Part shown: piece after piece, positions 24,892-37,874 of the stretch | Numbering within the stretch: the stretch's first letter is position 1 | Layout: each line of letters begins with the position of its first letter | Assembly (NCBI RefSeq): GCF_018977255.1 | Contig: NW_024704742.1 | Location: forward strand, 78,308,001-78,372,000 | Origin: Callorhinchus milii | Lineage: Eukaryota | Direction: 5' to 3' | Length of the DNA stretch: 64,000 bases | Position numbers and translations under genes: made by a program | The notes under the pieces: generated by a model | What the model saw: the letters and a program-made list of their open reading frames with translations, nothing else | What the model was told of the DNA's origin: nothing | Database searches by the model: none

Positions 24892-25165
24892 TAATAGTAA
24901 TCCTTACATTTGATGTAGCACCTTTAATGTCGGACATCTCAAGCACTTCACAGGATACACAGTAAAGTCCAGGGACTGTATTTTGTGGATGAACATGGCA
25001 GCCACCTGAACAGTCTCTGTTTAATGTCTCATCTGAAGGATAGCACCTCAAAATGCTGCATTCCTCCAGCACTGTGTCAGAGTGTTAGCCTAGACTCTTT
25101 GAGTTCAAAGTCCTCACATCGCACCTGAATCTGGTAAAAGCGCTACCAACCTTGCCAAGGCTGAC
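24892..25165 (-). mobile_element. Old DeuSINE (internally deleted)
   Basis: Tail plus tttaatgtctcatctgaagga..gctaccaac..ggctgac head. Confidence 0.7.
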
Positions 25166-25639
25166 TCGATTGGACCCTCCACTATTTTCCTATGTAACCC
25201 TTCCTCTATATTAATGTGGAGTAAAAGTCCTGACTTGTGGAAGTTGCAACAGAAAAATATTTCCTCCACATAAATATTGCATCCACTCAGAATAATGTAC
25301 TAATGGAATGTGATGTAAAGAAGTATTATTAAACATACTGCAGAGCACATCAGTGAGGATATAGCTCGTAAGTATTAGTACGGGATGTTTCCACACATGC
25401 CAGAATGCTATTCACATTCAATTTAAGTGATATGTTTTGACAGGTCTTTAAAAAATAAATGTTTTTAGGTTAACTTCAGTTGACTTAAAATGTACTGATA
25501 CATCTTAAGTTTGCCAGAAAATACTTCACAAGATCACAAAATTGGTTCAGATGAAGAAGGTTCTTCATCCCATCTGATCTAATTTCTCCATGATACTTAT
25601 CCTCCAATCCTCCCATCGCAGCATCAAGCCGCTTTTTAT

Positions 25640-25748
25640 AACAACAACAACAAGATTCCATTTATAGAGCGCCTTTCACATCGGGAGGACATCCCAAAGC
25701 ACTGGACAGTTTGGTCAGGACCCGAGCAGGAGGGAAATGGTCAGGGTG
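25640..25748 (-). mobile_element. Young L2 3' tail inserted in a degraded CR1-like fragment
   Basis: (caa)n gattccatttatagagcgcctttc..gacccgagcagg..aaatggtcagggtg, nearly identical to the 21054 copy tail. Confidence 0.9.
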
Positions 25749-26634
25749 TTACAATCACCCTTCCTGATAACCAGTTCCAGTCATTTAATACCTTCTGTCC
25801 TGAAATTGCCCTTGCAATTCCATAATGGTGTCCTCCTGTCCAACTTTTCTGGTGTATTCTAAAATAGGCTTCTGAATACTCAGCAATTATCTTACTCTTA
25901 AATTGATGAAAGTTCCAGGGAAGTTTCAATCTTGCTGAGCCAACCAGTTTGGTTAAATATTATTCCTGCATTGTAACACAGGAATAACTACTAATATTAC
26001 ATTAATAAAGTGACTCATATTCTAGGATTTGCTTGATTGCTCTAAGGTTGTCCACAATTAACAAAAAAACAAAAGTTAATTTATGTTCAGAAACTCTGGG
26101 CTTTCTGTTATTTCCATTTATTGCGCACGGATTTAGGTTGAGAAATGTACAGCAGTACAATTTTGGAAAAAGAATAATGGAAATACTGTATACTCTAAAT
26201 GGTATAGTGTGTTATGATTTTGAATGGAATGATGTGGAGTAAAGATATGTAGGGGACAAAATTGTTGTATTCCTAAATCCATTCCATTCCTTATTTATTG
26301 TGAGAAATAATTAAGTAACTTTTTATTGACTGGGAAGATTTGGGGCTGAACGCACCTTATCTTTGGAAGAACAGTTTATCAACCAGGCAATGCAGAACGG
26401 AAGCAGCCATCTGTTTTGTTTATAGTTTAGTTAAGGGCACATTTGTTCATTTATCGATACCAAAAAACACGCAAAGGAATGCATTTAACAACAACACAAA
26501 TTTGATGCCCTTAAGATCTTTAACTTTAACCTTAATTGACAAAAAATTTAAGATTCATTCATATTCAGACACAGCAGGTTTCCTTTAAGATGCGATTGAA
26601 GTAAAAAAAAGTCCTTAAAGACAAATTCGACTCT

Positions 26635-26780
26635 GGCCTTTGTATATAGAAGCATTAAATACAACAGTAGGGATGTGATGTCTAAATTGATATAAGACGT
26701 TGGTTAAGCTCCAGTTGAAGCACTGCCTGGTGTTCAGGGAGCCCTAATACAGAAGGATACCAGAGCATCAGAAACAGTTT
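26635..26780 (+). mobile_element. CR1 LINE fragment
   Basis: Degenerate YKSR.VM..LYKTLV.PQLE..YRKD region. Confidence 0.6.
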
Positions 26781-26799
26781 GGTATCGGTTCAGACAACA

Positions 26800-27200
26800 A
26801 ATTGTAGTTATCTAGAGACTTTCACATAATTAAACATTTCAAACTCAGATTGAATATGTGCCTGAACACTGTGGGAGATGGGGAAGGGTGTAACAGGGAG
26901 ATAAACAAAGGCATAGACAAAGAGGTAGGTTTTTGCAAATGTTTGGATAGTGGGGAGTGGTCACACAGGCAGAGGGATTTAAGTGGAGAGTTTCAGAGAG
27001 CAGAAGCAAGGTGGCTTAAGGTGCATCCACCAATGGTGGAGAGGAGGAGGCGGGGATTGGAGAAGGCCAGAGTTGACAGCGGAGGGAGTGAATGGGGCAA
27101 GAGAACTGCAGAAGATCAGACCTAGGTAGGCAAAGGATTGAAGACATTTGAAAGTTTTCATGATACTGGAAATGAGGGGTTAAAATTATAAAGATAGGGT
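26800..27200 (-). mobile_element. Old L2 LINE 3' fragment
   Basis: gagtttcagag..tggcttaagg..ccaccaatggtgg pattern shared with other L2 copies. Confidence 0.55.
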
Positions 27201-27224
27201 TGACAAATTGAGACCATTTTAACA

Positions 27225-27510
27225 AATAATAATCCTTGCATCCTTTCATGTCAGAAGGCAGTCTCAAAGAGCTTAAAAATAACCACTGTAAAGTGGAGTG
27301 ACTGTATCTTGTGAGCAAATGCAACAACCAATTAGCATACAACGATGTCCAATAAACAACCATGGAGTGAATCACCAATTTTATCTGGGACAAGGACATT
27401 GGGAGAAATACCATTCTCTTTTTAAATCATATCACACGGTCTTTAATGTCCACCTTAACAGATAGATGGGACTTCCAAGAATGTATGACACTCCCAGCAC
27501 TGCCTTTCAC
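27225..27510 (-). mobile_element. Old DeuSINE
   Basis: aataatccttgca tail; tctttaatgtccacc core. Confidence 0.7.
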
Positions 27511-27857
27511 TGGAACAGGATCAAACTTCTCAAAAGTTCAGAACATAGATGGTAAAAGATCATTTCCACAGCTTGGAAAATAGGTTACAAAGAAATCAGA
27601 TTAGGATCATCGCTGCTGCTAAGAGGAAGTCAGATTTTTTTTATACAGAAGAATATCGGAACATATAATAAAAATGATCCCAACATTTGGTATAGCACCT
27701 TTCACGTCTCAAAAGATGCTCCAAAGCGCACCACAAGATATACTGTACTGTAAATTTCTCCCCAGTGGCTTTTAAGACTGGAAAAGAAGAATATTTAAAA
27801 TGGAATTGGACAAACATTTGAAGAGAAAAAATATAAAAGGGCAGTGGGGAGAGCGTT

Positions 27858-27993
27858 ATACTTTCTGGATTTAGGTAAGCAGGGTGCTTCTCTGGGAGAG
27901 AGTGTGCACTCCATGTACAATGTCCCACATTTGGAACATGCTGTGCTCTGGTTTGGATACTCTAAAGGATGGTGATGGGTTTACTGTGTGTGT
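27858..27993 (-). repeat. Unclassified ancient dispersed repeat (family X)
   Basis: Reverse complement shares aaacccatcaccat..gagtatccaaaccaga..tggagtg..cactct..cctgcttaccta with the copies at 46149, 48195, 48560 and 63408. Confidence 0.7.
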
Positions 27994-29619
27994 AATAATG
28001 GGATTTATAAATATACGGTCAATTCATTTTAAAGTATTTTCTGTGAAGATGTGAAAAGCACTGTATCAAATGCAAGGATTATTATTATTATTTCCCATTA
28101 TACACCCAGCTGCCCAAAGCGAAATCTTCTCTTTATCTATGGACATTCAAAACAGAAATTTGGCTGCTTTCAATTCTAATTGCTGGTGGAAGAGGACCTG
28201 AGTCTGCAGGCAAACTCGTGGTATAAAGGCAGTCTTGATCTTGCAGCCTCTGATTATTTAAGAAAGGAATAAGTTATTCATCATGCAGTCTCAGCTAAGT
28301 GATGTCAACACTGACTTGCAATTGTGGAAAAGACCTAAACAATTTCTGCAACACGACACATCAATGTTCATGCAGAAAATAATGTGTTAACAGCAAAACA
28401 CACATACACACACACAGATCAATAAAAATCAAAGCAAAGATAGGGCTTCAATGACAAGCCCTTTGTGTGTGGCTGGCATCTCATTTTGGAAGGAATTCTA
28501 AGGATTTTCAGTTTGCTATTTGTCAGACAGGCAGCAGCTTATTAGCCCAGTTCAAGCAGTACGTGCAGGAGGTGAGAGTATGTCTACGCACCAAACCAGA
28601 GAAAATGGGAACACAATATGGTATGATTTAAAAAGCACCGTTTAAGCGAAGCTTGTGGCTGTTTTTAAAGGATTAAATCACTGAGCTGTTTGAATGGGCA
28701 GCACACCCATAAAATACTTTGGATTTAGCATTGTAATGTAGGATTGAAATATCTGGCTTTTGGGACTTTAAACTCTCAGTCAAGGCAGTACTGGGGGAAC
28801 GTTGCATTGTCAGAAATGCTGTCCTTCAGAAGAGATGTTAAAACTGAGTGGCTAGTCTAGTAACATCACTGCTACACTTCTCTCTATGATAAAAGAGAAC
28901 AGAGATGTTAACAGCAGGAACAGTTGCTCAGTCATCAAAAAAATGACAGCTCACATAAATCTGAAAATTGTAGCTTTAATTAAAAATGAGACATTTTAAA
29001 CACGCTAATTCTTCTCGCTCAATTATCCCCCATTTCTCCACTTTTGTTCTGGTCTAATGCGATTTTTTTTAGTTATGATTCTAACTTGGCCTCAACATAA
29101 TCCAATTTATCCTGTCTTCTCTAATGTTAAAATTAAGTTTAAATTTAAAGGCATTTGCTAAAGCTTCTTCCTCTTTGGTTTCATCCTCAATTTTTGCTTT
29201 GAAAGCCCAGATTTGTTGCCAATTGAAAGTCTAGACATGGAGGAGTGACACTGTTTGCAATCAGATCAATCCACACCTTAAGTAAGAAAAGAGCCAATGC
29301 AGTTGACTAGATTGGTCAAACTCTGCATGGATCATTTTTCTCATCGCATTAAAGAGCCATTTCTTCAGGTTGGATACTCAAAGAGCTCTTCAATAATGTT
29401 TAAACATGGGGAGAGGGAGCATTGGGAAAATACATTTCAGGGAGTGCCAAGCACACCGCCTTTGGAGATGTTGGCCACTGTTGGGATTTCTCATTTTACT
29501 TCTGTATCACCAGTATTTTTTTTAGCCACATATGTTTAGTTGCGCATGAGCAGAGCTCTTTGTCACAGCAATATGGGGTATAAATCCTGGTTTCAACAAT
29601 ATGCTGTCTGATGTTGGAG

Positions 29620-30280
29620 CAACAACAACAAGATTACATTTGTATAGGGCCTTTCACGTCGGTAGGACGTCCTAAGACGCTGAACAGAGTACAGCATTTC
29701 AGACCCAAGCTGTGTTGGGGGGGGAAGGGAGGGGAGGGGAAGGGGGGTGGCCGATAACATGGTCGAAGAAAAGGGTCTTGAGGCGGGACTTGAAGGAAGC
29801 TAAGGAGGGGGCGAAGTGGAGTGACTGGGGGTTGGAATTTTAGAGGTTGGGGGCAGAGTGGCTGAAGGCTCTCCCACCAATGGTGAGGTGGGTGGGTCGG
29901 GGGACGTGGAACAGACCAGAGCCGGCTGAGCGGAGGGAACAGGCGGGTTGGTAGGGTGTTAGGAGGTCGCAGAGGTAGGGTGGGGAGAGGCCATGGAGGG
30001 CTTCGTATGTGAGGACCGGGATCTTGAACTGGATCCTCTGAAGGATAGGGAGCCAATGGAGTCGGTGAGAGTGGGGGAGATAGGGGTCACGGAGTTTGGT
30101 GCGGGAGAGGACACGGGCTGCAGAGTTAGTTCTGGATTATCTGCAGCCTGTGGAGGGAGGATTTGGGAAGGCCGACAAGCAGGTCGTTTGCATAGTCGAG
30201 CCTGGAGGTGATGAAGGCATGAACAAGAGTTTCAGCAGCCTGAGGGGTGAGGTAGTGGCAGAGTCGGGCAATGTTATGGA
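29620..30280 (-). mobile_element. L2 LINE 3' fragment
   Basis: Peptide LHNIARLCHYLTPQAAETLVHAFITSRLDYAN; tail. Confidence 0.95.
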
Positions 30281-31247
30281 GTGCTACTTTACTTTCAAAG
30301 TATAAATAAGGCAATAGATAATTCTACTGGGAATTGCTTGCCCTCGTCAGCAGATACTCTGTCTGCCTCACATACTAACTGCTTAATGACTTTTATTTGT
30401 TTCAGCTAAATAAGTAAATATGACTTTCATTCTCTGAAAAGCAGCAAGCCATTTACTCCGTGCCATTAATTAACAAGGTAAAATCCGCTAAGAATTAAAT
30501 TCACACATAGAAAACAATATTTATATTGTTATTGCTATCATAAGACAATTGGCAATAATCTTCTGTTTTTTATTAAGGCTGTCTGCTGCAAGGTGAAGTT
30601 CAGTAAATTCTCTCATTAAAGGGGAACTGAAATTAGTGTGCGTGAAGAAAATGAAGGAACAGGAGAAAGAATTTCCATTAAAAAGGTTCCCATTCACGCT
30701 GGTTTTATGTACAAAAAAATTAAGTACTTTCAACCTGTTACGAAATTGTTGGAATGTTGCTATTCTTCTGTCCCACAGAGACATGTCATTTCAGGCGTTC
30801 ACACTCAGTAGGAGGTTGTCTGCTGACATAAGGTATGGGAGTTTAAGTGAGAGGCTCAAAGGGAAAGCTAGCATATGGGGAGCTTTCCAGTTTTGCATGC
30901 CAATTGGCATTAGTCTGGGCCTTGCAGCTCCACTACAGAAAGGAAACGGGTTCCAAGTTTCACCCAGTCTCACTCATTTATCTTCAAATTTAAGATCAGA
31001 GAGAATTTGGACTTTTTAAAAATTCAGTCACCAAAAGTATGGTCAAAGAGATAAGTCTTAAGGAGGACTTTGAAAGTGGGGAGACAGGGTAAGTTGGAAA
31101 GTCTCTAGAATGGAGTTCCAAAGAGTCGGGGCAGAATGTTTGAAAGCCTGTCTGCTGATGTTAGGTCGACAAGTTGGGAGATAACACCCACTTTTCTGTT
31201 GAATGTGGCTTTCTGTGGTGGCGTTAAGTGGCACAATAATAACAAAA

Positions 31248-31628
31248 AATAATAATCCTTGCATTTCCTAAAGCACTTTTCAAGTCTTCTAGACGTCTCA
31301 AAGCACCTCCCAGGATATACTGTAAAGTGAATTGACTGTATATTTTGTGAGCGAAAAGCGGCAGCCAATTGCGTACAGCAGTGTCCCACAAATTGTCTGA
31401 GTCTGACCTTAAAGTGGCAATCGTGGATTGAGTGACCAAATTATTCTTTTTTAGGGATTATTATCCCCGGAAAAGCGTTCCACCATCAACAACCGGGTTC
31501 TTACTTATTGCTAAGTAAATAGAGGCATGTAGAGTAAGGAAACTTGCCCAACATTTCATCCTGCCAGGAATAGAACCTGGGTCTTTCTCTTTTGAAGTGA
31601 GTGCTCTAACCACTGAACTACAGGACTC
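31248..31628 (-). mobile_element. tRNA-Ala-derived SINE, long form
   Basis: Head, about 63-nt extra segment (aaccgggttcttactt..ctaagtaaatagagg) and tail; small insertion near 31395-31420. Confidence 0.9.
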
Positions 31629-31745
31629 TACAATGTATGATTTAAACTCAGTATCCTAACTAAACAAGCCTGCTATAATATAAAATATGACTCTTCAATG
31701 TTTGGTGATACTTGAGTGAATGTCTATAGAGTGGAGCATGCCACC

Positions 31746-31751
31746 GTGTGT

Positions 31752-31782
<31 letters not shown>

Positions 31783-31787
31783 GGGGA
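31746..31787. repeat. (GT)n microsatellite plus poly-G
   Basis: Read directly. Confidence 0.9.
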
Positions 31788-32799
31788 AGAGAATTGATGG
31801 TTCTCTATTTAATCAATGTTAGTTAAATAGTCTAAATGATTAATGTTCGCATGATGATACCCCACCTGCTTGACAAACAATATTAACCCAGAGTCTGGCC
31901 TTAAAGTGACAAACACATTTGTCCAATTGCTGGAAGTATATTGAGAAGATGATATATGGCATTTGCTAGCCCATCTGTCCACTGGTTCTCTGGTGGAGCT
32001 TTGTTCTAGTGGTGACCCAGTGAAACTGAACAAGAACAGTGAGTTTCCTTTCACTGCCAGAGTTGGGTTCACAACGACCACAGCCATTGCTTATTATTAA
32101 TATCTGACCTTCTCTCCGCCCCACGCTGTCCACTCCACCTTGATTTTTTCACTCCAATCATCCAAAACTTAGCTTTGGGCTTTTGTGGATAAACCAAGGT
32201 TCTGAGTTCTCATTGAACTCAAATGTTAACAGTTTTAGGGCAGTCCTCCTGATGTAAAAGGTACTGTATAAATCTAAATTGTATTGTAAATCGTACTATA
32301 TGATTGCATGCCATACAGAAGAAAGGCTGGAGGAAATGTTGCTAACACCAAGGGCACTGTGTCTGATGGCCACACAGTGATCTGATCACACAGGGTGATT
32401 AAATTGCAGTTTGACCACAAACTCAAACTGGGAGGTTGAATTAAGAGTTTTGATTTAACTAATTAATACAAATGTCATTTAAGTATAAAATGGTCCCTGG
32501 GGCCAGGGAAAGGGATTGGAGGCGGATAGAGTGGGTAGGTTCAGAGGAACTTAGTTAGATTTTTGACAGGATGAAGGATTGTGGGTTATGTGAAAATAGA
32601 GAAAAAAGTTTTTTGAATATGGGATCAGACAGATTGATTGTAATGTTCTTTTCCAGTCCAGCATATTCTTATAAACCAAACATTCTTCATATTGTCAACG
32701 TGCATAGTTAAGAGCACAGGTTTTTAAGAGCCTCCAGTCACCTTGATTAATGGCTATAAGCCAACAGGCTTTGCCATTTCCATCAAAGTGCAAGTTGGT

Positions 32800-33160
32800 G
32801 GGATTTTGGCTCATATAGTTTTGGCTCACACTGCAGTGCGCTATAGGAAGTGTGCTGCATTGTTGGAGGTGCCCTCTTCGGATCAGATCATACACTAAAG
32901 TCCTGCTTGCCTGTATAGGTGGACATTAAAGATCCCATGATATTATTCGAAGAGAAGGGAGTTTCTCCCTATGTCCAAGCCAACAATCCCCCGAATAAAC
33001 TTGATCATTTGCTTCAAGGTTATTTGTGGAATATTGCTGTGCACGAATTGTTTCCTATAAAAAATACACAGTCATTACACTTTACAGTAAATTCCTGTGA
33101 AGCTGTTTATGATGTCCTCCTTATGTGAAAGGCACTAAACTGAATGTAAGGATTCTTCTT
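32800..33160 (+). mobile_element. Old DeuSINE
   Basis: gtgctgcattgttggaggtgcc..ggtggacattaaagatcccatg. Confidence 0.8.
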
Positions 33161-33179
33161 CTTCACACACATATCTATA

Positions 33180-33435
33180 ATTATTGCATTTGATATTGTG
33201 CCTTTAATGGACATCTTAAAGTGATTCACCGGATTTTACTGTAAAGTGGAGTGGCTGTATATTTTGAGGAGAACACAGCAGTCAATTGGCATACAGCAAT
33301 GTCCTACAATCAGCCATGAAGTGAGTGACCCATTTTACTTGGGGGTTTGCATGGCAGGATACTGGAACAAGCTCCTTTCTTTTTTCAAATTATGCCATGG
33401 GATTTTAACATCATTTGAGTAGGCAAATAGGATTT
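33180..33435 (-). mobile_element. Old DeuSINE, tail-to-tail with the previous copy
   Basis: ttgcatttgatat..gcagtcaattg..tgccatgggat. Confidence 0.7.
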
Positions 33436-33548
33436 CTAAAGGTGGTCCTACCATTGCAACTCACCTGATAATTTGAATCTGGGAATTTTGTCAATTCAAT
33501 GCAATTTTTTCATCGAGTCAACGCAAACTCCTTTAATCAGTCCAAAGA

Positions 33549-33867
33549 TGTGGAGTCCTTTAGCTCAGTGGTTAGAGCACTCGCCTTGCAAGCGAGAGAC
33601 CTGGGTTCAATTCCAGGCAGGGTGAAACATTGGGCAAGTTTCCTTACTCCACACGCCTAATAATAATCCCTCCAAAACAAAACAATAATAAATTGGTCAC
33701 TTTAATCCACGACTGTTTGTGGGACACTGCTGTGCGCAATTGGCTGCCGCGTTTCATCCACAAATATACGGTCAATTCACTTTACAGTCTATTCTGTGAA
33801 GCGCTTTGAGACGTTGCGATGATGTGAAAAGCGCTATATGAAATGCAGAGATTATTATTATTATTAT
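33549..33867 (+). mobile_element. Young tRNA-Ala-derived SINE, short form, full length
   Basis: Head, body and (ATT)n tail. Confidence 0.95.
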
Positions 33868-33899
33868 GTATTAGAATAACATATAAATATAGAAAAAAT

Positions 33900-34180
33900 A
33901 ACAAACATAGAGTGTACATGAGCGTGAAGGGATTAGAGAAAGAGAGGATTAGGATGGGTGGAGGCTCACAAAGAGTATAAAAACCCATACCAACAAGTTG
34001 AGCTGAATGGCCTGTTTCGGTGCTGTACAGTATAAGTAATTATCATAGAATCATAGAGTTATACAGCACAGAAGGAGGCCATTCCGTCCATCGTGTCTGT
34101 GTCAGCTCTTTGAAAGAACTTTCAAATCAATCCCACTCCCCCGTTCTCTCCCCATAGCCCTGCAAACTTATCCTCCCTAA
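33900..34180. mobile_element. Two CR1 3' ends tail-to-tail (+ about 33900-34040, - about 34042-34180)
   Basis: gctgaatggcctgttt..tgctgta and catagaatcataga..acagcacagaaggaggccatt. Confidence 0.7.
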
Positions 34181-35097
34181 TTCTATGTCACATGTGGTTA
34201 ATACACACTAGTAGAGTGCTGGCACTGAAAGGCAATGCCTCACTTGACCATCCATAAACCAAGTGACATTGAAGCTTAACTAATGTATTGCCACCAGCAA
34301 AAAACAGAACTCAGATTACTTCTTGAACACTGCCACAAGTCAGTTGCTACCCTTCCTCTTTTGCAGTTCATGCTTTTCAAATGCTAAAGCTTTGGATTAC
34401 TTGCGCCAAGTTTGTGGGCAATGAAGGAGGTAAAATTCATCAAGGACTTGAAGGTGAATGAGATCATGTGACTGGTACAATGGTAATAAGGGTTTAGTTC
34501 TGGGTAGCAGACTGACAGACACACACCATGCAACATATATTTCAAACCCACTCTAAGCTACAAGGTATCACCACATGATTTAACTCTGCACTACATGCTG
34601 ATTTTTAAAAGGTTCTTGTGTCCGAGACTGAATTACAAAGTACTGTGAAATGACAGATGGAAAAGCTCATTTAAAATCACCAGCATTTTCTCATCCCCGC
34701 TCATCCCTTTTAATCTCAGGTTTATTCTTCCTGTACTGCACATCTGTTTTCCCAAAGCCTTGCTTCCTATTTTACAGTTGAGCTGAGTTTTTTTATGCTG
34801 AGACAGATACGAAGCAACTCAAATACCAGTAACAAGAGAATTTTTTGAGGATTTTTTGTCAAGTTGGCTTCTCCTGGACAAATCAACACCCCCCCACTAC
34901 CCAACCCCCCCAAAAATGGGGCAATATATCAGTCACAAACCATCCTGCTTTTTGTACATGTCAAGACAGAATGCCTCTCGAGCTCACTATAAAATTGTAA
35001 AGGTCCACACGGCTCCAAGCCTTTCACGGTGACAGCCACTTCTCAGTGGGTCAGTATATACTTTTCAGTGGGTCAGTACTCTAACCAATACACAACA

Positions 35098-35204
35098 GGA
35101 GTCTTGCAGTGTATTGGTTAGACCACTCGCCTTGCAAGCGAGAGGATCCGGGTTCGATTCCTGGGCCAGGCAAAATCTTAGGCTTGTTTCCTTACTCCAT
35201 ACAC
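35098..35204 (+). mobile_element. SINE 5' head only, fused to the downstream L2
   Basis: ggagtcttgcag..ctcgccttgcaagcgagag..gggttcgattcc..tttccttactcca. Confidence 0.85.
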
Positions 35205-36026
35205 TGAGGCTCTCCTGAATGGCTCCTGTCAGCTCCTCCACACCTCAGGCGCTGACAGTATCACATCCAAGGATACACACTCCATCTTACTGGGTCAATC
35301 CAGAACCTTGGCGTCTTGTTTGACCCTCAATTAGCTTTCCTACCCCACATCAGGGCCATCCCCCGCTCTGCCATCTCCCACCTCCGCATCATCGCCCGGT
35401 TCTGCCACTGTTTCACATCGCAGGCCGCTGAGACCATCATACACACATTCATAACATCCAGGCCCGACTATGCAAACTCCTTGCTTGTCGGTCTCCTCAA
35501 CTCCTCCCTCCATAGGCTGCAGATCATCTAGAACTCCGCAGCCTGTGTCGTCTCCCACAGAAGGCACTGCAACCCTATCACTCCATCCTTGCCCAACTCC
35601 ACTGGCTTCCCATCACACAGAGGATACAGTTCAAGATCCCGGTCCTTATTTTCAAAGCCCTCCGTGGCCTTGCCCCCACCTATCTCTGTGACTTCCTAAC
35701 CCCCTACTAAATTGCCCGCTCCCTCCGCTCAGTGGGCTCCAGCCTGCTGCACGTCCCCCACCTCGCCCGCCCTACCATTGGCGGGCGGGCCTTCTACGAC
35801 TCTGCCCCCATCCTCAGGAACTCTATTCCGCTGTCCCTCTGCCTCGCCCCTTCCCTCGTCACCTTCAAGACCCATCTCAAGACCCTCCTCTTCGACCGTG
35901 CCTTTGGTCACCCTCCTTCCCACCCTGCCCTCCACGCTCCCTGACCCCGACCCCCCAGCTAGGGTCTGAAACACTGAAACGTCTTGGGACTTCCTTTTGT
36001 TTTTGTTGTTGTTGTTGTTGTTGTTA
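35203..36026 (+). mobile_element. L2 LINE 3' fragment
   Basis: Peptides FDPQLAFLPHI..ITSRPDYANSLLVGL and GGRAF; (GTT)n tail. Confidence 0.95.
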
Positions 36027-36519
36027 TGGGAATAATCATTTAATTGTAGACATGAGCCATTTAAACTGCACAATATTGTCCAGATACATGACATAATCTT
36101 TACTGTACTTTAAATCTGACTCTGAATGGTCCAGATTGAGTCATGTAGAGCTACTTGTTTCCAGTTTCCATATATTTCCTTATTCTTTTGACTTTGTTTT
36201 GCATCATTGTTTATATGGGGTAACATTAATGTTTTCCCATAATTAACATTGGTTCGAATTATAGAATATCACACATATATCCCTACATTTCTCCATTTCA
36301 AACATTTCTTACTGAATTATGCAATCATTAGAAACATTATTCCAGACCATATTACAAAAATTAGCACACTATAATAGTAATAGTTTGTTATAAAATCAGT
36401 GAATAAATTAACAGTGAGTCCCGATAGACCCCAAAGCACAGGATGACTTTAGTGAGGAGAAAAATGCAATTGTTCTGTTCAAATTGACTCACATACCACA
36501 TACTGATGTTACAGCTTTA

Positions 36520-36900
36520 CAACAACAACAACTTGGATTTATATAGCGCTCTCCACGCCGGACGGCGTCTCAGAGTGCTTTACAGTAACGGATCCCGGGG
36601 CCGAGCCAGAGGGAGGGGGAGGAAGGTGACCAAAGGCGCGGTTGAAAAGGGCTTCAGCAGAGAACTAAAAATGGGAAGGGAGGGAGCGAGATGAAGGGAG
36701 CGAGGAAGGCAGTTCCAGAGCCTCGGGGCATAGTGGCTGAAGGTACGGCTGCCGAGGGTGGAGCGGAGGACTCGGGGGACGAGGAGAAGGCCAGACGCGG
36801 AGGAATGAAGGCAACGGGTACTGTTTTGAGGAGAAAGGAGCTCAGAGAGGTAGGGGGATGTAGAGGAGTGCAGGGACTTGAATACAAAGCACCTTCACTG
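36520..36900 (-). mobile_element. Older L2 3' fragment
   Basis: (AAC)n tail, atttatatagcgc, LWN-like region. Confidence 0.75.
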
Positions 36901-37221
36901 ATCTAGAAACTTTCAGAGCGAGATCTCCAGATGGGGGAAGTGATGCAGATTATTTTAACACTCCATTGTCCAGTACTTTGGAACTTTGCCGCCTGTATAT
37001 ATATATTTATGAATAGATACATCAACATATACACTCTGCATGTGGGAAGAAGGATGTGAATCACATGAGAGATTTGGATGAAGAAGCCCTTTGACACATC
37101 TGATTTCATCCTTCCAGTACGCCCACCCTGCTAGCCTCCCATCACAGCAACAAACTATTTTTAAAATTTATCCAGCAATATTGCCTCAACCACTCTCCCT
37201 GTTAACCCATTCCAGTTGTTT

Positions 37222-37590
37222 TAACAACAACAACAAATTAGATTTGTAAAGGGCCTTTTACGTCAGGAAGAGTTTCGACTGAGAGCCTGAGCTGGGGGGA
37301 GGGGGAGAGTTGAGCAGGGAGGAGGGGATGAAGGAGGAAAATGACTAAAAATGCAGTTCAAAAAGATAGGTCTTAAGACAACAACAACAACAAATTTCAT
37401 TTGTACTGTCCCTTTCATGTCGGGAGGACATCCTATGGTGATGGAACATGGGTGGGTTTTGAGGCCAGGGAGGGAGGAAGCTGGTAAGATAGAGGGACTC
37501 CGGGATAGACTTCCAGAGCAGAAGGGCACAATGGTTGAAAGATTACTCACTGAAGGTGGGGTAGATCGGGCTGGAGATGCAAAGCAGGCC
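37222..37590 (-). mobile_element. L2 3' fragment with a second L2 tail nested at about 37378-37435
   Basis: Two (AAC)n plus stem-loop tails. Confidence 0.7.
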
Positions 37591-37874
37591 AACAGACTAA
37601 GCTACAGCTGTTACTGCCAAGCCCCAAAGGTGCTGGTGTATGTCTGTTCAGCCATGTTTGTAGAATAAACAAAGACAGCTTCCAGCAATGAATACGACTA
37701 ATCACCCTTCTGATCAACATGATCAATGTTCTATATGGCCTAATACTGCACTGTACAATGTCTGAGTGTCAAAACCCAATAGTTTATCAGGGTCAGCCTC
37801 AGGTAGAAATGTGTTCTGCTTCTGCAATCATGAGCACGTCAAGCTGTGACTCACTGTTTAGTAGATTGACTGGC

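Noticed and set aside
28512..28571. Possible 60-nt exon (FAICQTGSSLLAQFKQYVQE, donor gtgaga)
   Set aside because: Weak polypyrimidine tract, unrecognised peptide, no supporting exons
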